NCBI GenBank assembly: GCA_051294375.1
Contig: CM119264.1
Span: forward strand, 29,371,674 to 29,435,673
Length of the DNA stretch: 64,000 nucleotides
Direction of reading: 5' to 3'
From: Paraspadella gotoi
Lineage: Eukaryota > Animalia > Chaetognatha
In this document: piece after piece, positions 1 to 12,043 of the stretch
Layout of the letters: every line of letters begins with the position of its first letter
Numbering within the stretch: the stretch's first letter is position 1
Notes under the pieces: model-generated
Told to the model about the DNA's origin: nothing
What the model saw: the letters and a program-made list of their open reading frames with translations, nothing else
The model's database searches: none
Translations under genes and position numbers: made by a program

Positions 1-135
1 GTTAGGGATTGAGGTTAGGGATTAGGGTTAGGGATTAAGGTTAGGGATTGAGGTTAGGGATTAAGGTTAGGGATTAGGTTGTTGATTAGGGTTCAAGGTT
101 AAGGGTGAGGGTTAGAAAGTAGGCAAGGAATTGGG
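1..135 (+). repeat. Degenerate TTAGGG-like repeat tract (GTTAGGGATT variants)
   Basis: Repeated GGTTAGGGATT(A/G) units; a similar tract occurs at ~61850-61965 and C-strand versions at ~5820-6430 and 7130-7250. Not a pure telomere array. Confidence 0.6.
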
Positions 136-168
136 TTAACAGCACGGAGTTTTCCGGAAAGAGAGAGT

Positions 169-208
<40 letters not shown>

Positions 209-299
209 TTGATATTGATATTGAAAAACAAAAGTGCGAGCTTTAGGCCAGTACTTTAAACTGCCCTAAAAGCTACCTTATCTTATCATTTGTAAGTAT

Positions 300-335
<36 letters not shown>

Positions 336-412
336 TGAAAAAAATAAAGAGAAATCATCAGTTTTTTTTTACTTCCTATGTTATACGCCTTACTGAAGAT
401 TCTGGCCGTGAC

Positions 413-443
<31 letters not shown>

Positions 444-563
444 TCTCACTGCCCACTTATGTCTACGGTCGTGACTTGTTTTTCTCTGTATAAAAATGTC
501 CGAATTTTGGTATTTAAAATATTTTCATTTCATATTTCATGCTCCCAATTTTTGGAGGGTAAA

Positions 564-990
564 ATGTCTTCCGATGATTCGCGTGATCGATTTCCCAAAG
601 ATGACAACGACGACGACAAGGAAGTCGGTGAACACGCTGATGACATTGATATCAACAACGATGACATGGATATCGTTAAAACTCATCCTTTTTCAAATCG
701 CCCTTAACTTCTGGCGAAAATTGGATTTTTCCTTTGATAAATTATCTTCCATCGAAAAGGGTGGGTCAGGTAACGTCTTTAAAGTGAGGCACAAAACTGT
801 CAACGCGGTTAAAGTGAAAAAAAAACTCCCTGATTTCAACGACGAAATCAGAGAAAAAGAATTGATAGAGTGTCGATAATTGGCAGAGATTGACAACCCG
901 ACAATCGTGAGATATGACGACAATTGGATTGAAACCAACGTCGATGTCATTAAATACGAATTGTATCACGTTGATGTACTATTGAGCTCG
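564..990 (+). pseudogene. eIF2-alpha kinase (PERK/GCN2/HRI/PKR family) N-lobe fragment, disrupted
   Basis: Frame of ORFs 496/880 reads FDKLSSIEKGGSGNVFKVRHK..AVK...REKELIECR*LAEIDNPTIVRYDDNWIE...ELY. This matches the family pattern LGKGGFGxVFKxRHK..YAVK..REVxxLAxLDHPNIVRYxxxWIE..LYIQM. In-frame TAA at 877-879, frameshift from the acidic leader (ATG 564), no C-lobe seen. Confidence 0.7.
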
Positions 991-1077
991 CGATCGTCCC
1001 CAAGAAATACTGACGGCTGCAGCGTGGGCGACGCCGCCGACGCCGCGCTGACGCCGCCTTCTTAGGTCGCCTCCATC

Positions 1078-1260
1078 TCTCGATTCTCACTCCCGACTGC
1101 GCCACATCTCAAATCTTGATTCTCACTCCCGACTGCGCCACATCTCAACTCTCGATTCTCACTCCCGACTGCGCCACATCTCAACTCTCGATTCTCACTC
1201 CCGACTGCGCCACATCTCAACTCTCGATTCTCACTCCCGACCGCGCCACATCTCAACTCT
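1078..1260. repeat. 36-bp minisatellite, 5 copies
   Basis: Unit GATTCTCACTCCCGACTGCGCCACATCTCAACTCTC repeated with 1-2 substitutions; explains the 12-aa periodic ORFs. Confidence 0.95.
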
Positions 1261-2437
1261 TTCCTTCATCCCATCAATTGTTTAGCCATCAAATGAACCA
1301 TAAACAAGCATGATCATTAGCCAGAGTAAACTATCAATATTACACCTTTAAGGCAATAGAATGACAATTTATCAAATATTAATCAGAACACGACAATATG
1401 CAAATGAGACTGACGAACTAAATCTAATTTGAAATAATTCACAAATTAATCTGCTACATTCTCTCCACAATTCTCTCCACAAACCCACTCGCACCACAAA
1501 TCTCATTATGCGCTGCCCGACCCTTGAATTCATTCTGCTACCTCTCCGACCCCCAATCGATCAGAAACGACCCCCCCCCGCCATCAGACGCGGAAATATT
1601 CCGCTCTGAAATGGCCGAACTCAACGAGACCCGGATGTTGCTAAGGAAAGATCCGGATGTTGTGGATAGAAAAACCGGATGTTGAGAAGTAAAGTCTTTG
1701 ATTTTGTGGAAATATGACCCGGATGTTGTGGCGGAAAGACCCGGATGGAGTGAGAAGGAAAAGACGTTTTTTGTGTCGCAAATTCCTTTCTTATATGTAT
1801 CTCTTTCCTTTTTTTTATTTTTGTCTTTCTTTCTGTCTTTTTCTATTTTCTTTCGTTTTTTCCCCCCATTTTTATTTCATTCTCTCATCCCTTAATCTTT
1901 CTAGCGCTGAGATCCGCGTTTTTAAGAGACAGACAGAAAGACAGACTGACATTACAGATAGCAGACATCGCTCGCTCTTATCTTTACTTTCCAGTTATAA
2001 ATCAGAGAAGGCAATCAATCGCGCAAATTTGTATCTCTATTTTACTTAAATGCACCGAAGAAAATAATTTAATAAAAATATGAAAACAATCATGAACAGT
2101 AAAAACAAAGTCGTTATCTTAGACAACAACGAGAACGACAACAACAACCAAAAAAAAAACCAAAGGCAACAACAACCAGAAATAACAACAACAACGACGA
2201 GGACGCAGAAAGTGCGTCCCACGCGAAAAACCCGCGCCTGACCGCTCGCCACCGAAGGAAACCATCTTACGAAATTTGGGGGGGAGCGAGGGGGGCGGTG
2301 AAGGAGAACGGGGGTTGCCCGCCGTCGCTGCCTTTTCAGCCGCCGCCGCTGCCAACGACGCAGCGGCTTCGCCCATTTCCCTCCCAGACGCCGCAAAGGG
2401 AAACGAATCGAGATCCTCGTGACGTGACTGGATAAAC

Positions 2438-2848
2438 GGAGAGAGAGAGGAGAGAGAGAAGAGAGAGAGAGAAGAGAGAGAGAAAGCAGAGAGAGAGAGA
2501 AGAGAGAGAGAGAAGAGAGAGAAGAGAGAGAGAGAGAGAAAGAGAGGAGAATCGTTTTCCTTATCGAATTATTCCGTCCAACAGAATCGAACGACGCAAA
2601 TAAACCGTAGTGTGGTGGGAGAAAGAGGGGAGGGAGAGAGAAGAGAGAGAGAAGAGAGAGAGAGAGAAGAGAGAGAGAGAGAAGAGAGAGAGAGAGAAGA
2701 AGAGAGAGAGAGAGTTAGAGAGAGAGAGAGAGAAGAGAGAAGAATCGTTTCTTTTATGCGAATTATTCCGTCCAACAGAATCGACGAGCAAATACACCGT
2801 AAGTGGTGTGGGAGAAGAGGGGAGGGTGAGGAGAGAGAGAGAGAGAAG

Positions 2849-2912
<64 letters not shown>
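2438..2912. repeat. (GA)n microsatellites with a ~190-bp local tandem duplication
   Basis: AATCGTTT..GAATTATTCCGTCCAACAGAATCGA..AAAT..ACCGTA occurs at ~2549 and ~2742, each followed by GA runs. Confidence 0.8.
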
Positions 2913-2913
<1 letters not shown>

Positions 2914-4277
2914 GTAATTAGGAGCCTCCTGTTTTTCTTCAACCTCTCCGCATCGCCAAATTCCTCGGACAGAGAATTTCCGGTTTTTCCGCTGCCGGAA
3001 ATTTTGGGTAAAGAAGAAAAAAAATAACGAGGAGCCGCGGAAGTCGGACAGATGAGCCGAAGAGACGAACCGGAAAATTTGGCCTCGTCCGGCGACTTTA
3101 AGGCGGTCGAACCCGTTGGACGGGTTCAACTCGTTTAGCAAAGCGCTGGCAATCTGGTTAACCTTTAAGCTCTTTTCAAAAATCCTCTCATTTTACTATT
3201 TGGTACAATCAATATTAACAAAAATTATTCTTTTATGAATTAATCCTGACTTTGCAAATGGTGCATTAAAGCAGGGATGTGAGCGGAGCCGAAGCCGGAG
3301 CTGGAGCCGCCGGAGCCGAACTTTTTTTGCCGGAGCCGGAGTCCGGAGCCAGGATTTTATCTGGCCGGAGCCGGAGCTGGAGCCGGAGCCGAAAAAAAAT
3401 TTTTGAACTGAGCCGGAGCTGGAGCCCGGACCGAAATAAAAAATGCCCGCTCCAGCTCCATAAAATAAATAAGTATTAATTATTAAATTAAAAAAAATAT
3501 TTAAAAAACATAATACTGATTTATTTAATAATTTAATAATATATCATATATTTATTTATACATAAGATTAGTAAATATAAATAATTCTTTTTTTAATCTA
3601 TTAAATTATTATAAATACTTATATTTATGAAGTAATTTATCCTTAATATGCTTGGCTACTTATACAGCAACCATTTGCAGACTGATTAAAGGCAAAGGCT
3701 TTTCAATAATATATTATTTGAACAATAATAATAATAATAATATAATAATAATAAATAATAAAAATTATTTGCTTACAAATTTTATATTATAATTTTTTAT
3801 ATAATTTTTTGTTACATATGGTTTTGGAAAGATATCTCCATTTAAAAGATAAAAAACTAAAATAAACTTTATATTTATACTTTTTATTTTTAAACTTTTT
3901 AAATTAAATGAATTCAAAAATATACTATAAACTTATCATATTAGTTTTACTTCTTTCATAGTAATATTAATATGCCTGAGGAATAACCATACTTCGGGCA
4001 TCTATCAAATATTTTTTATATTAAAGTCGGACTAAGTGATAGACAAAAGCATTGGCCAAGTTAGGGTTTGAAAAGGGACTGGCCAGGAATAATGGGGATA
4101 TAATAAGCCTTCCTAATTCAAACCCTGATGAACCCAATTAAAAAAACCTAACCCTAATTAAATTTTTATTTTATTTACTAATCTTAACATCAATTTTACA
4201 GCAGGCCATTTTGTTTAGCCTACCCTAACCTTTTATCTCATGCCGAGCTAAAACCTTAACCCTAGTAATTATTAACC

Positions 4278-5530
4278 CTACAAATGTGATACACAACAGC
4301 CCGCCCGCTAAAAAAAATTGTCATTTGCAAATTTGTAAAAATTTTTTTTTATTTGAAACTTTTTCTGTAATAAAAAACCTAAATCATCTTATTTATCCAA
4401 ATTTTATATGATTAAGTTTTTGATTTGACTTGGTACTGAGCAGAGAAAATTGTCTCCAAAAATTGTGTTTCATTTTTAAAACTCATTTTTTTAAAATCTG
4501 TTTAATTTAACTTTTTAACTATTTTTTTTAAACAAAACTTTATTATAAAAAGTACAATATAATATCTTCCTGAAAGCTCTAAAAATATACAAGAATATTG
4601 AACAATATTAAAAATAACGTAATTTAAAATTAGCCTATCCTAGCTTTTAAAGATAATTATTAATTTAAAATCTTTAAAAGAGCAGTTTTTGAATTATATT
4701 ATTAAATGATTGTTAGTTAATTTTTAAATTTAGTTTTTCTTAAGATTTTTTATAATACTTATATAAAACCAATAATTGGTAAGATCATAGTAAATAAGTA
4801 AGATATTTAAAAATTATTTTAGGATTTTATAATTTCAATTTGGATTGTCTTTAATTAAACTAAAGCTGGTTAGGCTTATTATTTAATGTTTTCAATATTC
4901 TTAAATATATTATTTTTAATTTTTAATAGCTTTTCAGAGATATAATATTGATACCTTTTATATAAAGTTTCTTATTTGAGAAAAAATCAAAAATTTGTTA
5001 TTTGATAATAAGATTATTGTTTTATTAAATCGGGACATGTTTCCCACTCTAGGGACTTCATAGTCCCTTCATCAGCAAATTTAAATTCACAAACGTTTTC
5101 AGTTTTTAAATATTGAGTTTTGTAAATTTAAATGTTGATGAAGACCTCGAAAGTTATAGAGTCGAAACATATCCAATTTAAATAAAAAAACAAATTTATT
5201 GTTGTAAATAAATGAATTTTGTTTCTCTCTAAAAAATTCAAAAAATAATAAAAAAAAAATGGTAAAAGTTTTTAAAAAATGTTTATAAAGTTTAGACCAA
5301 AAAATTGAAAAGAATTTGTTTTTAAAAAATGAAAGACAATTTTTTTAAGCAACTTTTCCCTTGTCCATTGCTAAGTCAAGATCATAAACCATCACTAATA
5401 AAATTTGGATATATAAATGATTTAGGTTTTTACATATAAAAAATCTTTTTAGATAAAAAATAATCTTCCAACAAGTTTGCAAATGAAAAATTTTTTTTTT
5501 AGCGGCGGCTGTTTGTTGTGTCACCTGTAA
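4278..5530. mobile_element. Foldback/MITE-like element nested in the hAT element
   Basis: Long diverged inverted arms: CAGCCCGCCCGCTAAAAAAAATTGTCATTTGCAAA (~4298) vs TTTGCAAATGAAAAATTTTTTTTTTAGCGGCGGCTG (~5475-5511). Symmetry continues inward (4540-4660 vs 4850-4970). Confidence 0.75.
4990..5222. mobile_element. Palindromic Penelope-like relic with hammerhead cores on both arms
   Basis: Plus 5135-5173 (t)TGATGA-AGAC..GTC-GAAACATATC; minus 5075-5034 CTGATGA-AG...GAAACATGTC. Flanking ATTTAAAT(T)G / CAATTTAAAT can form stem I. Interrupts the right arm of the 4278-5530 foldback. Confidence 0.65.
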
Positions 5531-6454
5531 CCAGCTTTTTTGTTTATTTCTGAGCTTCAACCCAAACTCTAGGTGTTAGTTTAATTAAATAGCAATATTG
5601 CCGGCGAATTCCACCGCATTATCACAATTGTTGTTCTATGTTGGTTGGCGACTTCACTATGGCAATATCAGCAAAAGCCCTGTTTGTGTTCCGCCAATAC
5701 TTACTGGGTGACCTCGCCAGTAATAAAAAGTAATGAATATAAACAAGGCGCAAGTTAAAGGGAAAAGCTTTGTGGCTTGAAGTTGAGACAATGGGGATAA
5801 ATTACATCACCTTGGGCTCTTCCTTAACTAACCCTAAACCCAAAGTCTCTCCCAGTACATCTCCCACTGCTTTCTCCAACCTAACCCCAGGCCCTAGGCC
5901 TACCCATGACTTTCCATGCCCTCAACCTAACCCATCTGTGGGCTTTTCCTAACCTAACCCTTAACCCGGGCCCTCTTGTTCAACTCCATTCCTCCCCCTA
6001 ATCTTAACCTAGGCCCTGACCTCCCAGTACATCTCTGTGCTCAACCCAACCCACTAACTGCCCTTCGATGCATCAACCATGGACTTTTCCAAAAACCGGA
6101 GCCTCCCGTCACTCCATTTTTTCTCCCACTCTAATCCCTAACCCAGGCCCTGGGTTCCCATATATCTCTGTTCCACAAACCTTAAATACCCTAACCCCGC
6201 CTTTGATGCATCAACAGTAAGTCTCCTCCCCCTATACCCTACCCAGGCCTCCCATTCAACATCCATGCCTCCTCTCCTTACCCTAAAACTTAACCCCGGG
6301 ACCACGGGGCCTCAACTCATATATTCATACTCAACTTAATCCCTAATATCTATTGCCAGTACCTCCTTAACCTAATGCCGGCTTTCTTGGTTTATCTTAA
6401 CTTAAAATTGAACATTAACCTAAACCATTAGCCGGAACAGGTTTGAAAACTAGA

Positions 6455-7068
6455 AGTTCTCTCGAAATAAATAATGATAAGTGACTGTTAGAGAATAATG
6501 AAAAATAAAAATAGATTTTAAAAAAAAATTATTCTATTTAATATGTTAATAAGCAGCCTATCTCGAAAGCACGGAAGCATTTAAAGATTATTTTAATTAC
6601 TAATAAATAAAGTGAAAATTTTTTTTTGAATTTTTCAATTTTTTTATGGATTCTGATAAGAGCTTTAAAAAAAGTTAGATGAGGTTATTAATACAAAATT
6701 TAAAAATTTTTTTGTTTTTATTGATAAAAATTTTAAAAACTATAAATTTTTCAGCAATGAATTGATGATGATGACTTGATTTTTTTAAAACGTTTTTTCT
6801 GTTTTTAACCCCAATTTCTTTTTTTTGTCAAAATTTTTAAAAAATTGTAGTACTAACTTATTCATTTTAAACTTTTCAAGCTCTATAGGAATCCGTTCTT
6901 TAAAAACTAATTTTTAAAAAAAAAATTTTTTGTCATGTTGTTTATGAAGATAGGATAGAAAAAATATTTTAACCAAGCTTCAGTGCAGAAACAACCCATG
7001 ACTATTCAAAAAGTTACATGAATCCGATTTAGTAATAGAAAAAAAAAAGGAATTTTTTTGAGAGAATA
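6455..7068. mobile_element. Second diverged foldback element inside the hAT element
   Basis: Inverted matches GCACGGAAGC vs GCTTCAGTGC, GGATTCTGATAAGAGCTT vs AAGCTCTATAGGAATCC, and TTCTCTC vs GAGAGAA. Confidence 0.5.
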
Positions 7069-8256
7069 AAAGTTAATAAAAAGTGTTCAATTTTTGACGG
7101 CCGCCTTATAACGCATAACTTAAAAAAAACTACTAACCTTAACCTAATAAACTCCTAACTAACTTCAACCCTAACCCTAAATTATTACCTACGTCACTTA
7201 ACCTAACCAAACTGAACTCACCCTAATCTAACTCTAATACCCTATAAAACCATAATTTCTGGATTTTAAAGTAAATCAAACTTTAACAGAAATGTAAAGT
7301 AATTAAATTTACAGGTTATACCAAAAGAGTGAGGATTATCACAAAAAATAAAAAAAATATTTTGCTTATTATTCTAAATATTTTTAAAAATAATTTTTAA
7401 TTATATAATATATTTTTTAATTATCTAAAATATATTAATATATTATATTACAAAATAAATATAAATATAATCCAAATATAAAATTATATATAAAGAATAT
7501 ATTATGAATATTTAATTTTCTTAAATTTTTAATTAATTAATATAAGTAATGAGGCGGAGGTTGGAAGCCGGAGCCGGAGCCGATTGAAATTTTTGCTGGA
7601 GGGCCGGACGGAAAGCCGGAGCCGGAGCCGAAAAAAAAAAAAATAAAATTTTGCTTTTGGAGCCCGGAGCGGAGCTGGAGCCAGGAAAAAAAATTTGGTC
7701 TGGGAAGCTTGGAGCGCCGGAGCTTTGAGCCGGGAGACAAAATTAGGGTCGGCTCCCACAATCCCTGCATTAAAGTATCCAAGAATCCCAGTTACCAAGA
7801 TAATAAATTGGGGGGACTCTCTACTATCTAGTAACCGGCTTCCCCTTTTCAGTTGTAGTTTGCATAATATTTTTAATAACTGTTTTAAATGTATAAAAGG
7901 TTCATTCCTTTTTTAAAACCATTTATTTTAAAGAATTAAATCGGCGGAATACTAATCAAAATTAAAGAGCTACATACACTTTAATCTACGACCCCCTGTG
8001 CTGAAACTTTTTTTAAAATAGTGATTCATTTGGGGAAATAGCCTTTGGTGAACCCAAAGGTGGGATTTCAGTGAAAGGTTGGTGAATCTTGAGCTTACTA
8101 AAATGTAATTTGGGACTCTTTTCCTGAATGATAGTGACAATAAGTGGAAGTGAGGTCGATAAATTTATACCTGACCTACAAAGTGTGACAGGGAACAGAC
8201 CTGGAGGAAGCAATGGCGGATTCCTAAGGGTAAGGCGAAGGGCGGGGGATGAGATC

Positions 8257-8515
8257 GAGTCTGGGGTGGCAAGGGGTGGAAGGTAGTGTAGAAAGTCCGG
8301 TGGGGCGTGGGGTGGAGGGGAGTCTAGAACCCGGTACCCGGAGGGGTTGAAGGGAATCTAGAAGTCGGGGGTGGCGAGGGGTTGGAGGTATGTAAGTCAG
8401 TGGTGCGAAGGGGGTGGAGGGAGTCTAAGAAAGTCGGTGGTGGCAAAGGGTGAAAGAAGTCTAGAAGTCGGGGGTAGCGAGTGGTGGAAGGGAGTCTAAG
8501 AACCACGGGGGTTGA
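8257..8515. repeat. G-rich ~34-bp minisatellite (~8 copies)
   Basis: Unit approx GAGTCTAGAAGTCGGGGGTGGCGAGGGGTGGAGG; short version of the array at 15952-16680. Confidence 0.85.
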
Positions 8516-11500
8516 ACAGCTGGGGGAGCAAAAGAGGAAGGAAATGACGGAAAGGAGATGAAATGGATGATCGTTGGGCGAAACGTTTTTGAGGCCGAGC
8601 GAACGATGCAAAATGCAGACAGAATACGGTGAACGAAAGACCCGGGTTGTGGGTTTGTGGTGGGTGCTGGGTTGGGGCGAATTGTGGACGAAGATTCTTA
8701 ATTGTGGGCGCGCGGGTGCTAATTTGTTATGTGTAGACTTTGGGCAAGTTGTGGATAATGTAAAGAAAGATGATAACGTTGGGAAAGGGTTAGTGCGATT
8801 GTGAAATGTTGGCGATGTGAGAGACTAAGACGCAAAAATAATGACAACGAAGGGTTCTAAAGGAATAGAATATATATGGTACCAAATGTTTTTCAAGAAA
8901 TCTTGAAGAGGCCGTATGAGATAAAAAATAAAAAAAATAAAAATAAAAAAACACGAACAAAACAGCAAAATTTAAAAAAAAGAAGAAAAAACAATTTTTG
9001 ATTCTTCTTCCTCGAAAAAGAAAACCAAATTTAAAAATCCATTCAGAAGAATGAAGAGAGAAGCCGAATGAAAAAATCCTAAACGAGGCCAACGAATGAT
9101 AAACAAAAACGAGGCGACGAAAAATGATAAATCCAAAACGAGGTGCGAAACAAAATGAAGATTAGTGTCGCAGTTCATAAACTGGGAACGGGCAGGGAAA
9201 GTTTATCTCTTCGAGTTAAAATAGAAAAAGGCAGAGAAGAGAGAGAGAGAGAGGAGAGAGAGAGAAGAGAGAGGAGAGAGAGAAGAGAGGAGAGATGAGC
9301 GTAGCCGCCCTTGAAATATCAAGCGCAAAAGATGACGAACGAGACAGAATTTCCAAATTTTTCGCGTCGTTTGCATTTTTTTGGGCGGCCGTGGGAATCG
9401 TAAGAGGAAAGGAAAGGTAAGTTAAGAAAGAAAGCAAGGTAAAGGTCGGAGGAGAGGGAAGGTATTTAGAAAGAGGTAAGGTCGGAGGAAAGGTAAAGTA
9501 AGTTTAGAAGAAAGGAAAGGGTAATAAGAGCCAAAGGAAAGTAAGTTCCTAAAGAAAAGGTAAGGTAAAGGAAGGAAAGGAATGGAAAGGAATGAAAGGA
9601 AAGGAAAGGCAAGTTCAAGAAGAAAAGGGAAAGTAAGGTCAAGGAAAGGAAAGTGGTTTCACACACACCAAACGATGATAGTTGAAGTCCTAAAAAAGAA
9701 GGTGGGAGAAAACGTGATTCCGTTTTTTGGGTTTACGAATGAAAGGAGAAAATTGTTGGAATGTGTGAGGACAAGGGATAATTGTGAGGAACGAAGAGAA
9801 GAGAATTCAGAAACATTTGAAAATATATTTCCGGTTCTAATTCTTTAATTGAGAGCTTGTATATTCTTTATTACATAATTTACTATAATGTCCATACATA
9901 CCCAGGCTACCATTGGATTTTAATCCGAGTTTAACAATAAACGTCATTTCCGAACGGACCAACTCCTCTAGATTAAAACAGCCACGGACCCATCAACGAA
10001 GTCGGAGGGGTCCAGGGCTCGGCCCGGTCGTTCGAAAGGCGATGACGCGTGCCGTTCTGGAGGGCCGACCCGACCGACCGACCGACCGACCGACGACCGA
10101 CCGACCGCCGACCGACGGACGACCGACCGACCGACCGACCCGACGACCCGACCGACCGACCACCGACCGACTCTTCGGCCAGCCCTCTTCGCCTCTCCTC
10201 CTTAACAGGCCGCGGTTTCGAGCCAAGCGGAACCCTGGATGTCTGGTGCAAAACAATTGACGATTCCCTTTGCAAAATGACGTCTCGATGCACAATGACG
10301 TCTGCGACTTTCAAACAACGCCGGCCGGGAGAAGGGAGGGGGGAGGAAGGGGGCGTTCACGGCTCGTTTGGTTTAGAGAAGTTTGGGGGGGGAAAGGTGG
10401 GAAGGTGGGAGAGGATGTTGGTTTCGTGAGAAAGGTGGGGAATGCGGAAGGGGTAGTTTAAATAGTAGAAAGAACTGGTGGTTTAGGTGGAATTTATGAT
10501 TCTTGAGTGTCATATAAAATTATTAATTAATTTCATTCATTGGAAATAAACAAACTTATTTTCCTACTGTCTTTGATGTCTTTGTACTGATTTTGACAGG
10601 CTATGTAATGTAAGACGGAAAGGAAATCGGCAAAGGAAATTCCAATGAAACGAGTGCTGATGTCACATTGGTACAATTAGCACCAATTCCGATTTTCCCA
10701 AATTCGCTTTTCTGAGTTTTAATTAAAATAAAGATGGAATCATCTCAATTTCTTTCGGCTATTTTTATCTCGATTACCTCACTGAATGAAATCATCAATC
10801 CAATCATCACTCCTAAGAGAAAAGACGAATTAAAAGAAATAGAGGAAGAAAAGAAAAAGGAAAGAGAAGAAATACAGGGAGGTTCAGCTCTTTTGGGGCA
10901 AACTATAGATTTTAAAGAGAATATAGTTGAAAATTGGTTCAAACATTGTGAAACATTGTAAGACAACACATACTATGAAAAAACCTTTCGCAACCAAAGA
11001 ACCTTTCTCAAAGGTGTTCCCAAGATAAATAAATAGATAAATATACAACAACGGACCTGAGCTCTGGGCGATTAACGGCTATAGGGTCCCTTCGATTAAA
11101 GACATACGTTGGAAGCCGTAAACAAATTTAATGTAGGTAATTTGGTAAATGTTCTTTAAAAACCATTTGAAACTTTTTGACCCGCGAACCCGACAGTCCA
11201 AAGACAAGACCCAGAAGAACTTTAACCGTATTTGGAAATGTAATTCTATTCCGACAGATGTTGCAGGCTTCCAATAAATTCGAAGATGCGTGCTTCTGAA
11301 TCTCAATCTGCCATTTTTTTTATTAATCAGGGAAATTGCCGTCCAAACAAACCTGCCAAATTTTTTTCTTAAAAATTTTGTAAGGACGGCGTGAAAAACT
11401 ATGACATATTTTTCCATACTTTTTTTGAAAAGAAATATCAATCGAAAATAAATTAGTTTAGGTTTCCCAAAATAGTGGCTTTTTATTGTTCTGATCCATA

Positions 11501-12012
11501 CCCTGTTTTTTGTGTGTTTTTAAGTCCCATTAAGAGGACCCTCCTTAGATTACCGAGTAAAGAGAAAAAGTGACGGAGGGTGGAGGTGCGAGGGGGTTTG
11601 GGGTGGGAGGATAGAGGATGAGAGGGGAATTGGGGGGCGGAGGCTCCGAACGATTGGGGGAGGAGGGGGCGAGGGGCCGAAGGATGAGAGGAGGAGTGGG
11701 GGCGGAAGGGGCTCCGACGATTACCCGAGAAGAATTTCGTTTTCCCGTTGGAAAAAACCTCGAACCCTCGGAAGACTCTGGACGAACGCTCTTGGGAGGT
11801 TTAGGCCGAATAGAAGAGAGAGAGGAGAGAGAGAAGAGAGAAGAGAGAAGAAGGAAGAGAGAGGAGAGAAGGAGAGAGAAGAGAGAGAAGAGGATTGCTA
11901 ATTATGGTATATCTAGTTAGCTCCAGACAAATCCCTTTCAATAACATATTTGTTTTAACACAATTTCTAAAGTAATTATAATTATTACAACCACACTAGC
12001 AAATGTACAAGG

Positions 12013-12043
<31 letters not shown>

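Larger units (their letters stand above)
3272..7767. mobile_element. Non-autonomous hAT-superfamily DNA transposon (4496 bp)
   Basis: TIRs CAGGGATGTGAGCGGAGCCGA (left) and revcomp CAGGGATTGTGGGAGCCGA (right). GGAGCC subterminal repeats at both ends. 8-bp TSD CATTAAAG at 3264-3271 and 7768-7775. Single CATTAAAG (empty site) at 15476-15483 in the duplicate block. No transposase ORF. Confidence 0.92.

Noticed and set aside
1-135. True telomere
   Set aside because: Repeats are degenerate and recur internally (e.g. ~61850).
1410-1441. Hammerhead-like CTGACGA...GAAA
   Set aside because: No convincing stem II.
2561-2921. ORFs rich in ER/LS repeats here and elsewhere
   Set aside because: Translations of (GA)n microsatellites.
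3279-3479. ORFs at the hAT ends as transposase
   Set aside because: Products of GGAGCC subterminal repeats; no transposase motifs.
9913-10429. Overlapping Arg/Pro-rich ORFs
   Set aside because: Driven by a (CGAC)n microsatellite.
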